From the NCBI GenBank assembly GCA_002633005.1, contig NMRA01000035.1, forward strand, positions 414,863-478,862: DNA of 64,000 nt, in the 5' to 3' direction. A program made the translations under genes and the position numbers. The stretch is from Phoronis australis (lineage: Eukaryota > Animalia > Phoronida). Under the pieces are notes generated by a model. The model was not told the DNA's origin and did not search any database. It worked only from the letters and a program-made list of their open reading frames with translations. This document shows positions 11,901 to 26,900 of the stretch, in pieces (the first letter of the stretch is position 1; every line of letters starts with the position of its first letter).

Positions 11901-14900
11901 ACTTTTTATGAAAAATTATCAAATAAAAAAATCAAATTTCGCAACACAATAAAGTGTTAAAGGAGCATGCCACCCAAAAAACAACCTAATTTGTATCAAT
12001 TTAGATCGAGTAGTTCTACNNNNNNNNNNNNNNNNNNNNNNNNNNNNNNNNNNNNNNNNNNNNNNNNNNNNNNNNNNNNNNNNNNNNNNNNNNNNNNNNN
12101 NNNNNNNNNNNNNNNNNNNNNNNNNNNNNNNNNNNNNNNNNNNNNNNNNNNNNNNNNNNNNNNNNNNNNNNNNNNNNNNNNNNNNNNNNNNNNNNNNNNN
12201 NNNNNNNNNNNNNNNNNNTCAGTACAACTGGAACTCAAAGTGCTGTAATACAAGTTTGCCTGTATTACAAAGATGAATGACACAATAATAAGAATAAGAT
12301 ATGAGACAGGGACTGGTGCATTTGCACGCGAAGAAGCTGCTAGGCAAGTGCTTGTCAAGCATGTTGCATTGTGGGTAAATACCTTAGAATGAGTGTGGTG
12401 CTGTGCTATTTCAGGACAGGACCATTTGAGTGAAATCAGAACGATTACTGCATTACAACCACCTCCAAGTCTAGCAAACCAGCCTATACAGCAGTGACCT
12501 CAAGGTGATCATTCAATAGAAACCCAACATTAGTCACACCACCAAACATCACAGCCACAGTAAGGATAGCAACAGCTAGAGTACTATCACAGCCCACATA
12601 GGTGCACGCTATTAAGAAACCTGCATGGAAAGCCATGCCTGAAATGATGCAGTGTGGTCAATTCAGTGGTGAAATCAGGAAACGTTATGCAGAGAAATGA
12701 CAGCAAATTAACATGAAGTATAAATAGAAGCAAGAGCAGATTGTCACAAAAATTCATTTGTTGTATTGGTGAAAAGTTCATACCATCTAAAAATGATTCC
12801 ATGAGACTCCGGTTGATAATATAACTCATCACCGGAAACGATACCGGGATTTTCCGTAGATTAGCCCACGGGCGTGCATTCAGAAAATTTTCAGGTGTTT
12901 CAGTAACACCAAAAAGGGGGCGTGTAAATTGGAAGTCATAGTTTTGACTACGCAAATGCCAACATGAAGCGCGATATGTATTTTCATAAGTGAAACAGTC
13001 CTTCTGGGTGGACTGGTAGTCCTTAAAAAGACTTGTGAATATGCTGACACCTGTTAATAACGTTAAAGGAGAATGCCACCCAAAAAAACAACCTATTTTG
13101 TATCAATTTAGATCGAGTAGTTCTACTCGATAACGGCACGTTCGGTTGCATTACCTGACACCTGACGGAGGTTTTGAAATTATCCAGTGACGCCGTTGGT
13201 TTCACACGCAGTCTGTTCAGCAGTTCACAACACGGTTACTGGTGTCAGCTTATCGCTTGAGTTCATCGTTTAACACCAATAAATAATCAAACTTAAAAAT
13301 ACACCGAGTTCTTATAAAAACGTGTTGTTTTATTTCACTGTTATGGAGTTATTGGCATTTGGACACGCCGTAGCCTACAAACTTCGGCAGGCCAATTTAC
13401 CAAGGTCCATAGCAGGAATTTGGGGTCTGTTCGGAGATAAATTCGAAGTATTCTTCCGTGAAATACAGACAGGAGAACCTAGAATTGTGTTGTTTAGACT
13501 TATGATTTTTTAAGTTCTAAACACACAAAACGCTTGTTATCCTGACCAGTGGTTTGGAACCCGATCAGGTCCATCGCGGCCGGACTGACTCATCCCGGCC
13601 AGTGGCTCGGAACCTGATCAGGCCCATCGCGGCCGCCGGGACTGACACGAACAAAAACCAGCTTGAGTTGGAAACTAAACCTCCAGACACGAAAAGACCA
13701 TAATAGTGAGCCACAGAAATACTGTGAATTAGCCACGAAACTGAAAATCTACTTACTTGTCGGGGGCCGCGAAGTCGGGTTCCCCTTCCAGAGACCGTCG
13801 AGGCAAAGGTCAGTAACAATGATTTGAATAATGTATTTGTATTTCTAAATAAAGATTCCCCTAACACGTGACCATAGCATATTAAATCAAGTAATTGTTT
13901 CACAACAGCTTTCTGTCAGCAAACACTGAATTAGCATGCGCTCACACGGCCTCGGAGCCGTGTGAGTGCATACCTTTATTGCTGGCATCAAAAGCCGGTA
14001 ACGCAGTGGTTTATTCATTGCTGGCTTCTGAACATTTGCACTTACGAAGGCATTACAAATTGTATCTAATGAGACGGACTTTTTTCAGTTTTATATAAGC
14101 ATTGGTTAGGATGAGAATAATTCATTTTGAAACAGAACGCAGAATAATAAACGTCTACATGGCAACTCGCCCGGCGCCAATCCAGACTTAGTTAGTTAAG
14201 AGCTCATCCGACGAAGATTTCACGGGTTGGATCGTTAGATTTCACAGGATATCAATTCGAACCAGAATACACTGATCAAGAAATACTAGAGAGGCGCCGT
14301 GAACATGCACAGGCAACAAAACGTATGGATAGTTCTTTCATTGGTAAGCCGGAATTCATCAGAGAAATCATTGTCGACGAAATGCCGGCCACAGACACGG
14401 AGATGTTTCACGGCCTCATACTTGTTATTAACAGCATACCTTTCCTTCCACATCCTAAGCATTTCGGGCTCTCGAGGAAGTCGAAAAAACGACATACCCG
14501 CTTTCTTCGCAGCTTCATAGTTCGGACAAGCGGGAACAATGCACCAGGATATAGCAGCATTCACTCTGCAGACGAACCACTGACGTCGCCGCGTCGTTTC
14601 TCACCTTCCTCACAGGTTAACACAACACCTCTCGGCAAGGTGAGGTCGACCGTATAAGAAGCGATGTGGATATAGACCGATTAAGACGGTAAAAAAGACT
14701 AATTAAATCGGGTGGCATTCTCCTTTAATTGTGTCACAGCCTATTAGTTTTTGCAATATCCGCCAAGTGGAACAAATGAGCATGTCACTTCCAGACTTCC
14801 TTGTGGGCTTTTAACAGGGAATTTTCCATATAAAAGCCCCACTATGTGGACACTTGACACCAGAAGTTGCAACACCAAATAAACCCCTTTGGGCATTTCT

Positions 14901-17900
14901 TCGAGTGGGCTTATCTACAGGAAATCCCGATAAGAATTTTTAAATTTCAAAGATCAAGATTGTCCATCTTCGTCTGATGTTGTATTGCAGACCAATCAGG
15001 CGTAGTGATTGACACGGAGTACTCTGCTTAAAGACTGAGTTCAAGCACCCTTCTTTTATAAAAAGTTCAATTGAAAATAGAAAAAATTGGAAAGAGCACA
15101 TGCGTGTAGGTGTGTGAATTTTCAAAATCAACAAAAAATTTGAATTTCATTGTACATTACATCCCTCTTGTTCACTGTTGACATGTAAGGAAGTCTACAC
15201 GCATGAGGTATCTGGTTACACAGCACAGCAGGATATGTATGTCCTGACAAGACTGATGAACCCCGAGAGGGAGATTCGGTAATCAGTAGAGCAGGACACA
15301 CGCCTATAGCATTTTTGTGAAAATCTGCAATGCTCAGTTCAGCTCAAATTGGTTAATAAGTAAAATCCAAAAGTCAAAACACAGTCATGTCTACAGTCTA
15401 GTCTGCCAATGTTTACCTGCAAATGTGGGCGCAATGTCCAAATGATTGACGGCAAACCCCACACCAAAGAACCCACCAAAACCGCCCGCCACTGATAGGA
15501 TAGCAGTAACAATGGCCCTCTGGCATCGTAGCTGTGCAACAAGCACTAAAGGAACTAAACATCCGACGCCACCTATAGAGATTTAACAGAAAGCGAAATA
15601 TTACATTTACTGCCTTACGAATGAAATTTGGGTCAGCTCATGTGACCATTCTCAAAAATAGCAGACAAAATTACTGTTCAGCAGTTCACTCAAGTTAAGT
15701 TTACAGCCTGTCGCCGACGGCACTCGTGTTATACAAATTTTCTTTCATCGAAGTCCAAGAGACAATAGCTTTCTTTAGGAGTATATGACAGTTGTAAGTC
15801 ATCAGCATAGATATGTACATCTCATGTACTGTTAGTTCTTCTGTACCAACAGAGGCCATTAAACTGTACATGAAGACGACAAACGGTCACTTCAATGATT
15901 CGCTATCTGACTATTTTTGTTCAAACGAATTCTATTAACAAGCCTAGTTATACCTACCTATTGTAGTGTTAAATTTTCGGACAACTGCAGTGCTGAAGTA
16001 GCCTCTTTCTCTCACCAAGTCACTCAGTGGTCCAACAATGAGCATTACTATCCAGCTTGATAAATACGGAACGGCGGACAGAAAGGAATCCTATAAGTAA
16101 CACTAGGCTAAAAGGTTCTGCATTGAAATTGTGTTTGATCCTTCAAATGCACTGATATAGACAACAAGCATGTGTCATTCCATTTTTAAGCCAATTTATG
16201 GGAATGACCTCACGTGACCACTTTCTGTCATAATTTTTTTCTCGTGATCATTCATCACCCACAGCTGGCTTTTGGCACTTTTTATGAAAAATTATCAAAT
16301 AAAAAATTATAATATAATTTCGCAACACAATAAAGTGTTAACTTTTCAAGACCAGGGGTGAATGCTGTTCAAGATCTGTGTGATCCATGTTTAATCGACT
16401 CTCGTAAGACATGTAACTTTGAATAAACGATGAACGCTGTATACACTACCTTTGTAATATCAAATCCTAAGATGCGTTTCATGTAAGTAGGTAGACAGGT
16501 GAGGAGGGTATAAAAGCCCCAATTGAAGCAAAATTGGGTAAATGTGAGGCCCCACAAAACAGGAGACTTCAAAGCAGCCAGTGGTATAGTACGATCAGCC
16601 TGTAATATGAGCAGCAAGCAGTGATGTTGACCACAAACAAGACCAATGATGGTAACCTCAGCATTTATACATTATTGCCCATTCAGTGCTGTAGTGGGGC
16701 GTAGGCGCACGTAGGCGCAGCCAACCACCTTTTGGCATTTGAACGTACCGCCTACGCATCAGTTACGTTCAGTGCTCAAAGTGATACGATGGGCTTTGAG
16801 TGCCTTCTTACCTCTAATTTTACCACAGCACTGTGTACATTCAACATTTCCAAATAATTTTACCATTCATTACAACATGATTATGAAACAGCATTAGGCA
16901 GAACCTTTGACCTGTTAAACCTTTGGGCTATATAATGGGCAGTCCATGAAGGTCACCATTAGCGCTGTTATGCTTTACCTTAGGGTCTGTATTTGGCTTA
17001 TTCAGCAACGAAATCAAAGCAGAATCTAGTTCTGAAGACATTAAATGATACGGGGAAAACGTGGAGGCCATGAAGTATAACAACCACATTAATTCTGAAA
17101 GTTTGATGTTGATATTATTGCCATAAAGCTATATAATAATTATAGAATCTTAAAACGACTCATGTCATTACAGAAAAGGGTCTTTATTTTATTTGACTTT
17201 TTTTAGTTAGCCAGCTTAACAGGATGAAATGCTGATTTAACTTTTTAATAACTCCTTGGAAACCAGGTGACCAAGCAAAGATACCAGAAAATCGTCAAGC
17301 AATCCAGTAGACCACACCCACCCTAGTCGATTTATTTGAGTTAAAGTGGCACAAACTGAGTCAGCCACACAAAAATAATAAATGCCCCCCTCCAAGTCTT
17401 CCTTGCAATGGATGATGTATTTATTTGAAAGTAGGACAAAACATGTTTGAAGTGCACCCAAAACACTGAGTGCAACACATATACGTATACTGTTAGTGTT
17501 AAAAGGAATAGTCAAGTCGCACGTCAAGTTTTCATTGAAAAACGCCAACATATCAATGCATTCGGAGGGCTGCCAACCCATTAAGGACATAATCTATAAC
17601 CTTCATGCTAAAAATCTGTATTTTTAAGTGAAAACTTGGTACGATTTTACACATTTTCAGAAAGTTTAAATTTCAATCGCGAGATTGATCGGTACACACG
17701 AAAACAACAATTTTCACTAAAAGCAAAATTAGGACCAGGTAATAACTCGGGTCTTCACATCGACGTTTTTCAGCGGTTGGCATGGTTGATTTCTTCACAC
17801 TACTACAGCGCCACAAATCCCGGTATATCTCGCAATACCTAATCCATGACAGTGCTGTAGGCGTCGGGGTTCTCAGTATTGAAGACAGTGGGATTGAATG

Positions 17901-20900
17901 CAGTTAAGCTCATTCCTGTCTTCTAAATGTAATTTGATTCATCAGTATACTCGTCTACGAAATTTTGCTCTCGACACGACGATTTCTAAAGCATATATCC
18001 CACAATGCAAAACTAAGTACTAAAGTGCATTTTTCATTGGCCAGTCCTAATCACAAAAAAATCTCTATTGACCAATCACAGAAGGGGAATTTTGAGATAC
18101 TTTGCAAATTGCATTCTACACTGGTACTCAGGATTTGTCTAATTGGTTGGATCTTGCATTCTGGACAATTTCCGTCACTTTCCAGTGCTTCCTGCCTCGA
18201 TGTTTGCTTATTTGGCGCTTCAAAACAGACTCGTGTTTAAACAAGGTACTTTTTTAAGTTTTATCTGATTTTTGGAGAGATTAATGCTCAAAATCTGTAA
18301 CATTTGAAAATCCGTAAGTAACGATTTTTAGGCCCTGAAAGTGCACAGAATGCAGAAAGTTCTGTAACAGCTGGCAGACCTGCAAGCGATCGTTTGTTCC
18401 GTCCCCTCACNGGCCCCCCCCCTAAATCCGCCTATGCTCTCCATGTGACCGCAACTTTCCCAGTTCAAATCGCAACACTGTCAACATGCAAAAGTACAGC
18501 AAAGAGTCTAGTACATACATTATGCAAATAGGGTCATGAGATGATACAAATGGTTCTCAAATTGCTTCTAGGAACTTCTCTCAGCTGTCAGGCTAACCAG
18601 AAGTTCTACATGGTCAGCACTAAGCCACGCTCTCAAAATACACACAGAAACATTAATTGCATTTACCAGCAGATATCTTACACATACCGTGGAGAAACCA
18701 ATAACAACTAACCATTTGTGAGCTAGTCAGAGAATGCTGCGCTTTAAGTGATTCTTCTATGTATTCTCTCTCCTCCCAGGATATCCGTGGGTGGTCTTTT
18801 GGGCTGTCGTGAACTACTGCCATCCAAACCATGAACCAAACTACGCCCAGGCAACCTGAGAATAGAAACAATTACAATAATTTAGGTCACAGTTAATAAG
18901 GTCAATAAAACAAAAACGTGTTATAATTGAAGATACATGCTTCTCACTCGGCATACACGAGTATACTAGGTTCTATAATGCACTTCCCAACACATAACTC
19001 CAAATGATTCTTGCCTGTTTTGATTTGAGCATAGTACTAACCAAAAGCTTGTTTTGTTGGGGACTGGGCATCAGAGATGACTGTTAAAGTTATGGTAGAC
19101 TTTATAAACAAATCTGTTCACTTCATCCAGGGGGTTTTGGGCTCCATTTGGCGAAGTGTCAAATGTCCAGCTCAGAGATACAAAAATCCGAAAAAAGTAG
19201 AAAACGAGACAAAAGCCCACTAAAAAGGCATAGTTCTGAGCATACCTCGTGAATCTTAGTAAAAGGTCTACATTCTCAAAAATTCGAGCCCCCATTTTTT
19301 AGGTTGGATGCATGCATGTATGTCCCCAAATATCTAGTAAAGTATAGAAATTAGTTCGTAAAAACTTTTATTTTCTAACAGTAGAATGTATGTATAATTT
19401 GATTTTAAACTTAAAAGTTCACATGAAACATACTGGGTCATGTGACCATGTCGCATCATTACGATTCAGCAAAAATGAAAGCTACATTCACCGCACAAAA
19501 AATATAAAAAAACGGTATCATTAACATGCCTGACAAAATTTCATTAGATATAAATGATCAAGAACAAATCTCAAAAAATTGTTAATAAAAACTACCAAAC
19601 TTGTCTTATTCGATAGACCCTCATGCAAAGTGGAACATTTTAAAAACCCATCTTAATAGCGTTTTGGACAACAGAGCATCAAGCACAACATGCGAAAGTT
19701 TCGTATGAATCCAGCTGATCATGAAACAGACCCCAGCAGTTAAAATTTGAAGCATTGAAAAATTCGTAGCACAGGTGTTGCAATACCTTCCTAATTTTCC
19801 CTGGTTCATTGTAAATGAGAAGATATCCCACACCAATAAAGCAGACTAATTATCTGTCGGAGGCTCTTAAACAACAAATTATCCACAAAAATTGGCTGCA
19901 GTTCTCCCCGCAAACTCACTTTCTATGAAAGACTCCACGTGTTACAATGCTTTACGAAATAGTTGTGAAGGAAGCAACAAAACTTTTGACGGTCACACTC
20001 ACACAAAAATTCCACGCTTCGCCTCAAACACCATATTTAGCAAATTTCTTAATAAGTAAAATGCCAAATGCCTCACATATACATGCGAACAGGAATGTGA
20101 TTGTTAAGTGTTGCATTATTCCTATTAATGCTACTTCCAAAAATTGATATCATACAATGCCTTACCAAACACATAAAATACTGATGGCCAACCCCAGCTT
20201 GATTGACACAGCAATCCTGACAATGGCAAGGATAAAACAGTACCTGCCTGGGTGCCTGAAAAGATGACAACCACATGTCGGTTTAATTTCAATTGTACAA
20301 TTTTTCTTGGATTCCAAGCTCAAATTGATGGGTAACTGACGACAATTTAAGAGTGAGTAAAAGGATTTGTAAAGTTTACAGGTGGTAAATTGAATCTTAA
20401 TCATGAAATTATGAACCAATAATCCTACAAGAGCAACACAGAGCATTAGAATGTGCCCACAACTGCACCGCAAACGATGTGTTTCTAAGGGTGGTTAATA
20501 GGATCATAAAAATGGCCACTAGATGGTGCAGAGTACCTTGAGCTGTCCGATATTTAGAGGATGTCGTCACCTCTCTAATACAAAACTATTAGGCAATTTC
20601 ATGAAAATCCACTAACTTGGAACTCCAAAGATGAGACAATTGCCACTATGTGGAACAAAAGCTAAATCTGTATGAAAAACATGAAGTTTCTGTTGCCTTT
20701 TTGATACCAACTTTTTTTGTCACATTTCATGAAAATCCATCGCGGTACTCCAAAGATACGCAGGTAATCGCAAATAAACTAAAATTGCAACTGGGGGGGG
20801 CACATTCGCACTTGAATTAGTCTGAAACTTGTCATCTGCTGTCAGTTCCATAGGAACTCATCTGTCAAAGTTCTCAAAGATCCTCAAAAGGTAAAAAAAG

Positions 20901-23900
20901 AATTTCTACTAGAGGATGCCAAATGTAGCTGAACCTGTCCGAAAAATCAACATCAACCTCGGACTACTCATCAGAAACACATTTGATAATTTTCACTGAT
21001 AATGATTTTTTAGCAGTTTGGTGGATAAAGAAGTAGAGACAAAAAACAGAGAAAAGTACAAAATGCCTACTAAGTAACACAGACTAGATCAAATCCATCC
21101 GAAAATCAAATAAAAATCAAATTTGTTGTCACATGTCATAAGCTTCATAGGAATGCATCTGCCAAATCTCATTAAGAACCGACAAGGGGTTCAGGAGAGA
21201 CAGCAACAGACACCGGATGACCAGACAGGGATGACGGCAATATGCACCCACATATAAATATGTGGGCGCATAAAAACACCCATGCCAGGAACAAACCATT
21301 ACGAAGCAATAATAATACCTGGCAACTTGAAAACTGAGATTAAGCAAAACAAACTGCAGTTAGTAGTGGAATACCTTAATCATGCTGGCATTGATGCAAT
21401 ATCCCGAGAGCAGTTTTCCCTGGAGGAGAGGGTCACTCATACTGACAAGGTGCCCGCAAGCGTGTACCAAAAATTGCGGGTAGGTGGCACTTTTTCAGCA
21501 AGTTTTGCGGACATGCGCAAGGTCCAATAAGCCCCGAAATTTTCACTTCAAAAGGAGTTAGGGAGAAAATTCTACCCCAAAAAGAGGATGGGAATAAGCA
21601 GACCTGGCACCCACAATATGGGGTCAACAAATGTTGTGAAAAGAATGGTTTTTTATGAAACATTATCAACAAAAGAACTTTGAACTGAGAAAAACTGTTG
21701 ACTTTCATAGAAACTGGACTCAACTTTCATCTGCTGATTCCTTAATGTGACTGTAAGTTCTGACCTGCTTACTACAACATCATTGAGTACCAACTGTTTG
21801 TAAAGTTTAACCAAACGTGATTCCAGATCAGACTGTGATTCTGGAAATTTCTTGGTTTTAAAACTTCAGTGGAATGGTACATAACAAATACAAAAATGAC
21901 TTTCACATCTTTCCATAACCTCATCTCAATACGTCAAATAGGCATGCAAGTCTAGCAAGTTGGTAAATAAAACATTTAATCAAAAAAATCCATTTAATGA
22001 CAATTCTCTCAGTGAACCTCAGAGAAAGAATATGTGTTGAATTAAAAGATGTTTAAACAATGATCATTGACCTATCATTTTGTTAATCAGACAATTTCAG
22101 AATTTTATGAAGCTTACCTGTTCCTGTAAAAGCTGCAAGTTTGCTTCTTTCAAGTGGAGGGGCCCATCTACCCCACATTGCAAAAATGGCTGGCATAGTG
22201 ACCCCCTGAAAACAATAACGACAACTCAGGTTGGAAGTGGAGGAGAAAGCCACCCCAGAACTGAGAAGACAATATCTTAAATTAAAACCACATCACCATA
22301 CATTAGTTCCAGTATTGCAATTCCTTTAATTTGTGTTTCTGTAACTTTCAAAGCGATTGATTTCTTAAATACGGAATCAGTCTGCTAAGATTTTCATATT
22401 AAGGGCTCTAGCAGTGAAAACCCAACCATCTGCATGTGCACACCCAGCCTTCAATATGGGGGGGGGCTCGATATGGACTTTTTACTAACAAAATAGTCAG
22501 TCGACTAAAAAAAAACAGTACCATGATCGGAGACGCAGGTGCTGTAAATTCTGCGTTTGCGCCTTTTTAGTGGACTTGTACGTCATTTTGTCTGACTTTT
22601 TCTTTCTCTGAGGCGGACCTTTTTGCCCACTTCGCCAAGCCCCTCTCTCCTTAACTCCCCTGGATGCGCGCATGATCTGAGTGGCGCACCCTATTGTACC
22701 TTCTAAGTATTCTGGCCAAATATGGCTTAATGGTTTCAAACATGATAGCTCTTTAAAAAGATTGGGAAGAAATTCCTCTTCATTGAGAGCGGAAAAGTTC
22801 TCCATGACCTGTTTCAACAGGTCAACATGACCTGTTTGATTTTATCCCTGACTTGTTTAAATAGCACGATACACTTGATTTGAACAAAAAAGTATCACTT
22901 TTGAGTGTTTGCTATGACATGTACGCCATGTACATTGTCTAAATTTTCAAAGTAGTTGCAAACATGATCTGTTTGAGTTTTTAAGTGTGGAGAATGCTGG
23001 TAACGATTGTGAAAAACAACCATTTGGGTAAAGACCTTGCTATTCAAGCCCACCTGTAAATTTATCTCCCCTGGTACAAAAGTGTCACCAGCATTAAGGT
23101 GCTGAAAACCACAAGCACTCTAATTTCTCAATGACTCATAACCATATATCAGAAAAATAAAGGTCGGACACTAAAACTTTGCCGAGCTGAGGCTTCCAAC
23201 TTCAACTGTTCCAAATCCAAATAAAATCTGCATGCATCTCCCTCACACTGGTATTGCATAGAACTCCGAAGCCTTATCTTTCCTTGATCCCATTAAACTG
23301 TCATTGTGAGCAGTGAATTGGCAGCAGAATTTTCAAAGCAATCTCAAAACTCTGAATTAAAAAACCTTCTAGTTAACATGGCAGATTTCAGTAGTGCTTT
23401 AACTTGTTTGCCTAACGAAGATAAAATTTCGAGTTTGAGCAAGGAACCACTATGTCAAATTTATCCCCACTGAATGCAAATGATTAAGGTTTCTAAAAAT
23501 AGCCTTCCATTAATGGGTAATTTGTTTCTTTTTATAGGCAGCTCATTTTATCACTTAACCTAGAATTTAATTGCAAGAACTGACATATCTTGTGTTTGAT
23601 CTTCGCATTATGTGCTACTCTTTGCTGAAGCACAATGAACACTCGGTTTTTGGCCAAGATTTCCGATGTCTGACCACGTTTAGTCACGGTAAATCACCTA
23701 TCAGCAACTGCCGGATTTCGCAGTAGGCCAACATTAGTAGCAAACAACTCGTGGTATTTCGGTTATAACAATGTTCTTTTACATGTTCAAACTGCATGAT
23801 ACAAAACTATGTGGAGGGCACTCGTGAGTGCATGAAAACAGAGCATCGGAACTGCTTTGGGAGCGTCCGCCAAAAAAAACATGCTAGAAGATCGCCTGCC

Positions 23901-26900
23901 AAGAAAAGGTCCTTGAATTTGTGAGTGACATTTTTGTAGTCAAATCACCACTCGAAGGCAATTTGACGTGATCAAGTTAAATAGGGTATGTATAAAGATA
24001 TGTCCGATGCTGATTTCGTAGAGTTCTATGCACTTTTGAGTAGAAAATTGTGAGCATAGCAATTTTTAATGTCCAACCTTTATGTTTTGTTATGTAGTGA
24101 ATAACATCAGTGGTGATAGAGTAACAGGTAAACTAAAACAGAGGTGTTCAGTGAGAGGTAAAATAGTGTGAAAAGAACTGAAAACTATGCAATGCAAATA
24201 AGTGGTGAAACACAGTATGTCAAAGTGAGCTGTCACAAAACCCAGAAGAAGCTGCATACATGGAAGTAATCAATTTGCAGTGAACGTGGCAAAAAACGTC
24301 AGGATTGTCCGTATTTGCCGTTGTTCAAGACGTTTTACATTCCCAGAAACTCAATGGGTCAGAGAGAATGGTTATGTGTAATAAATAAAAACAATGCAAT
24401 AAAATTAAATAATTCTCTGTAATTGAAGAAAGGTGGGTCAAATGTAACTTTTTGTTAAAAATACGATGTTGACATTTCTCAAACATTTATGAAACTGAGT
24501 GAGCCACAAACACTGGAGCAGAACCACAAACAAAAAAAAAATAAAAAAGAACAATTCCAACATTTATATCAGATGCGAGGTGGTACAAATCACTTTTTGA
24601 ATGTTGATTTACATGAATTCTTTTGGGTATGGAAATCGTGTTTTAAGTCGGCAAGTTGATATCATACAGGGGTGGTGACCGGGTGCGATACTTTCCCATG
24701 CTTATACGAATTATTTCAAGAAAAAAAAACTAGGGACGGTTTTATGGAGTTTGTGTCTAGATAAAATTGTCATCATCATGAATTTGGTTGTTAGTGTTAC
24801 GTTTGAATAGAATCGCGGTTATTAAAGACTAGCAGAAGAGTCAATATGGAGTTTGCTTTTCTCACTATTGTGAAATTTGTGCATGCTTCAGGAGTCGGGA
24901 GTATGATAGGAATTTAAACAACAAGTGAAAGTACTCATATTCAAGTGTATTGCTGAAAAATCAAACGTGAAGGTAAGTTCTTTGCATTATATTGCCTCTT
25001 GTCAGTGACTCTGCATGTCTCCAAATCACAAGCCTGAAGCAGATGAAATCTCGAATTGATTTAGTTTTGTAAACAGAGTCCTGCAAGATTATAAAATACT
25101 AACAATGAATGTAATACCTTGGTAATGAAGCAGACTGCGACTCTGCCATGATTTAAATGGTTTAAATATGCTTTAACTCTACGCCATTGCTGGTGCTGCA
25201 TCAGACAGTGAATACCTTGGCATTACTTGGTTTACAAACTAGGATGCATAGCCATAAACAACCTCTGTGAAGTCCACACTCACCTCACCAATGCCCTCCA
25301 GCACACGGACTGCAATAAACAGTCCTACATGAATCCTGGCTGCTATCGGCGTCAGCAGAGTAAAGATAGATGTGCATAGAACTCCCACACCAAACAGTCG
25401 CTTGGCACCATAGCGTTCAGCTAACCACCCACCAGGTATTTGGGTAACGATGTACCCATAGAAGAAAGAAGACAGAATAGTGCCTTGGGTTGCTTGGTTC
25501 CAATTGAATTCTCCATCCTGGTAAAAAAGCGACCTCACATTGCATTACTGAGAAAATTACATGTTGCCTGATAGTATGACATCTTGGACTTTACATCTTA
25601 TAGAGACAATAAACACACAACACCTTCTGTCAAAAATGAAGTTTTGCTCAGAAGCAAAAATATGCTTGTTGGCTTGTGCGATAACAGTCTGTTCTAACTC
25701 CAGTTTAGACCATGATTGTTTCTGATGACTGTGTCATTATGTAAATTTATTTAGTTTGAAATCGGTCATTCCACTTGCTTTTTCACTGCCTGCATGCTGG
25801 TACCTACGACTATTGATATATGTATTTGGTAAGGAAATATGTAGGAATGACGGATATCTTGTTGAGTCTCGTGTTATTGATGTGCCGACCTCTAGTGAAG
25901 ACGAACCCATTTCCCACCAAAGCCAAGTTGCATGACTCCACACTTTAATTCGTCTATTTTGAGAGGACGTGCGATGGCTAATTAAGTCTGGGAGAAACGC
26001 TTTATCATAGAACAGAACTCGGCAAAAAGTTGCGGTGCTGGTGTGTTTAAAGTGACTGTCACACACAAAAATGTTATAGTAATAGTAATAGACAAAGTAA
26101 GGATTATGGGTAATAAACATTTGCTCCTTTACACATCTTTATCAAATCGTCACTTGTGTGTCAATATTCCATACAAATACATTAGAATGCTACGATTATA
26201 ACGAAGAGAGATAACTGAACTAAATTTTGACGAGTTTTGCAGACAATAAGCTGAGAAAATATGTTAGCGTCAGACTTAAAGTTGCAGCTTTGGACCACAC
26301 AATACCAGTCACAATTTAAAAAAAGCGATGGACAAAACTAATGTTTGAGTGCCTATGTGCTGTTATGTACATTACATAGTCCCTCACAAACAGTGCTGCA
26401 GCAGTAAATTAGAGGTAAGTAGGCGCCCATAGCCCACTCAGTATCCTTGAGCACTGAACGTAACTTACGGTGCGTAGGCGCTACGTTCAAATGCCAAAAG
26501 ATGGTTGGCTGTGCCTATGCCCCACTACAGCACTGCTCACAAACAACTTGACTAGGCATGAAGACACCCCTGACCAACAAACCGTGCTAATGGTGGAATT
26601 AAGGGTATTGTTTCCATCTCCTGATATGCACTCAGACGTCAGATTTTCGTCTTGACCAGTTGAGTTGACCATCTCGACCAGAGCAACACTGAGGTTTACA
26701 CGCATGGCATAAACGTTGAAAAAACCAAGGAAAGCAAGTAAAGCTAATGTATGCCTTGCACCAAAACATCCTGAAAAAGTATTCAAATACGCTGAACACA
26801 TTTATTTATAAAATCAGATCTATACACACCAAGAAATTGATCATTGACCAAAAAGTAAATGTGGACACCGATACTTTAAACAAGTTTAGTAGTAATTTAT

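Larger units (their letters stand above)
9454..16341. repeat. Tandem near-identical duplication (9454-11960 vs 12219-16341) across an N gap; probable uncollapsed haplotypes
   Basis: The two copies are colinear with scattered SNPs and indels. Each holds SLC17 exons 8 and 9. They are separated by Ns at 12020-12218. Confidence 0.85.
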
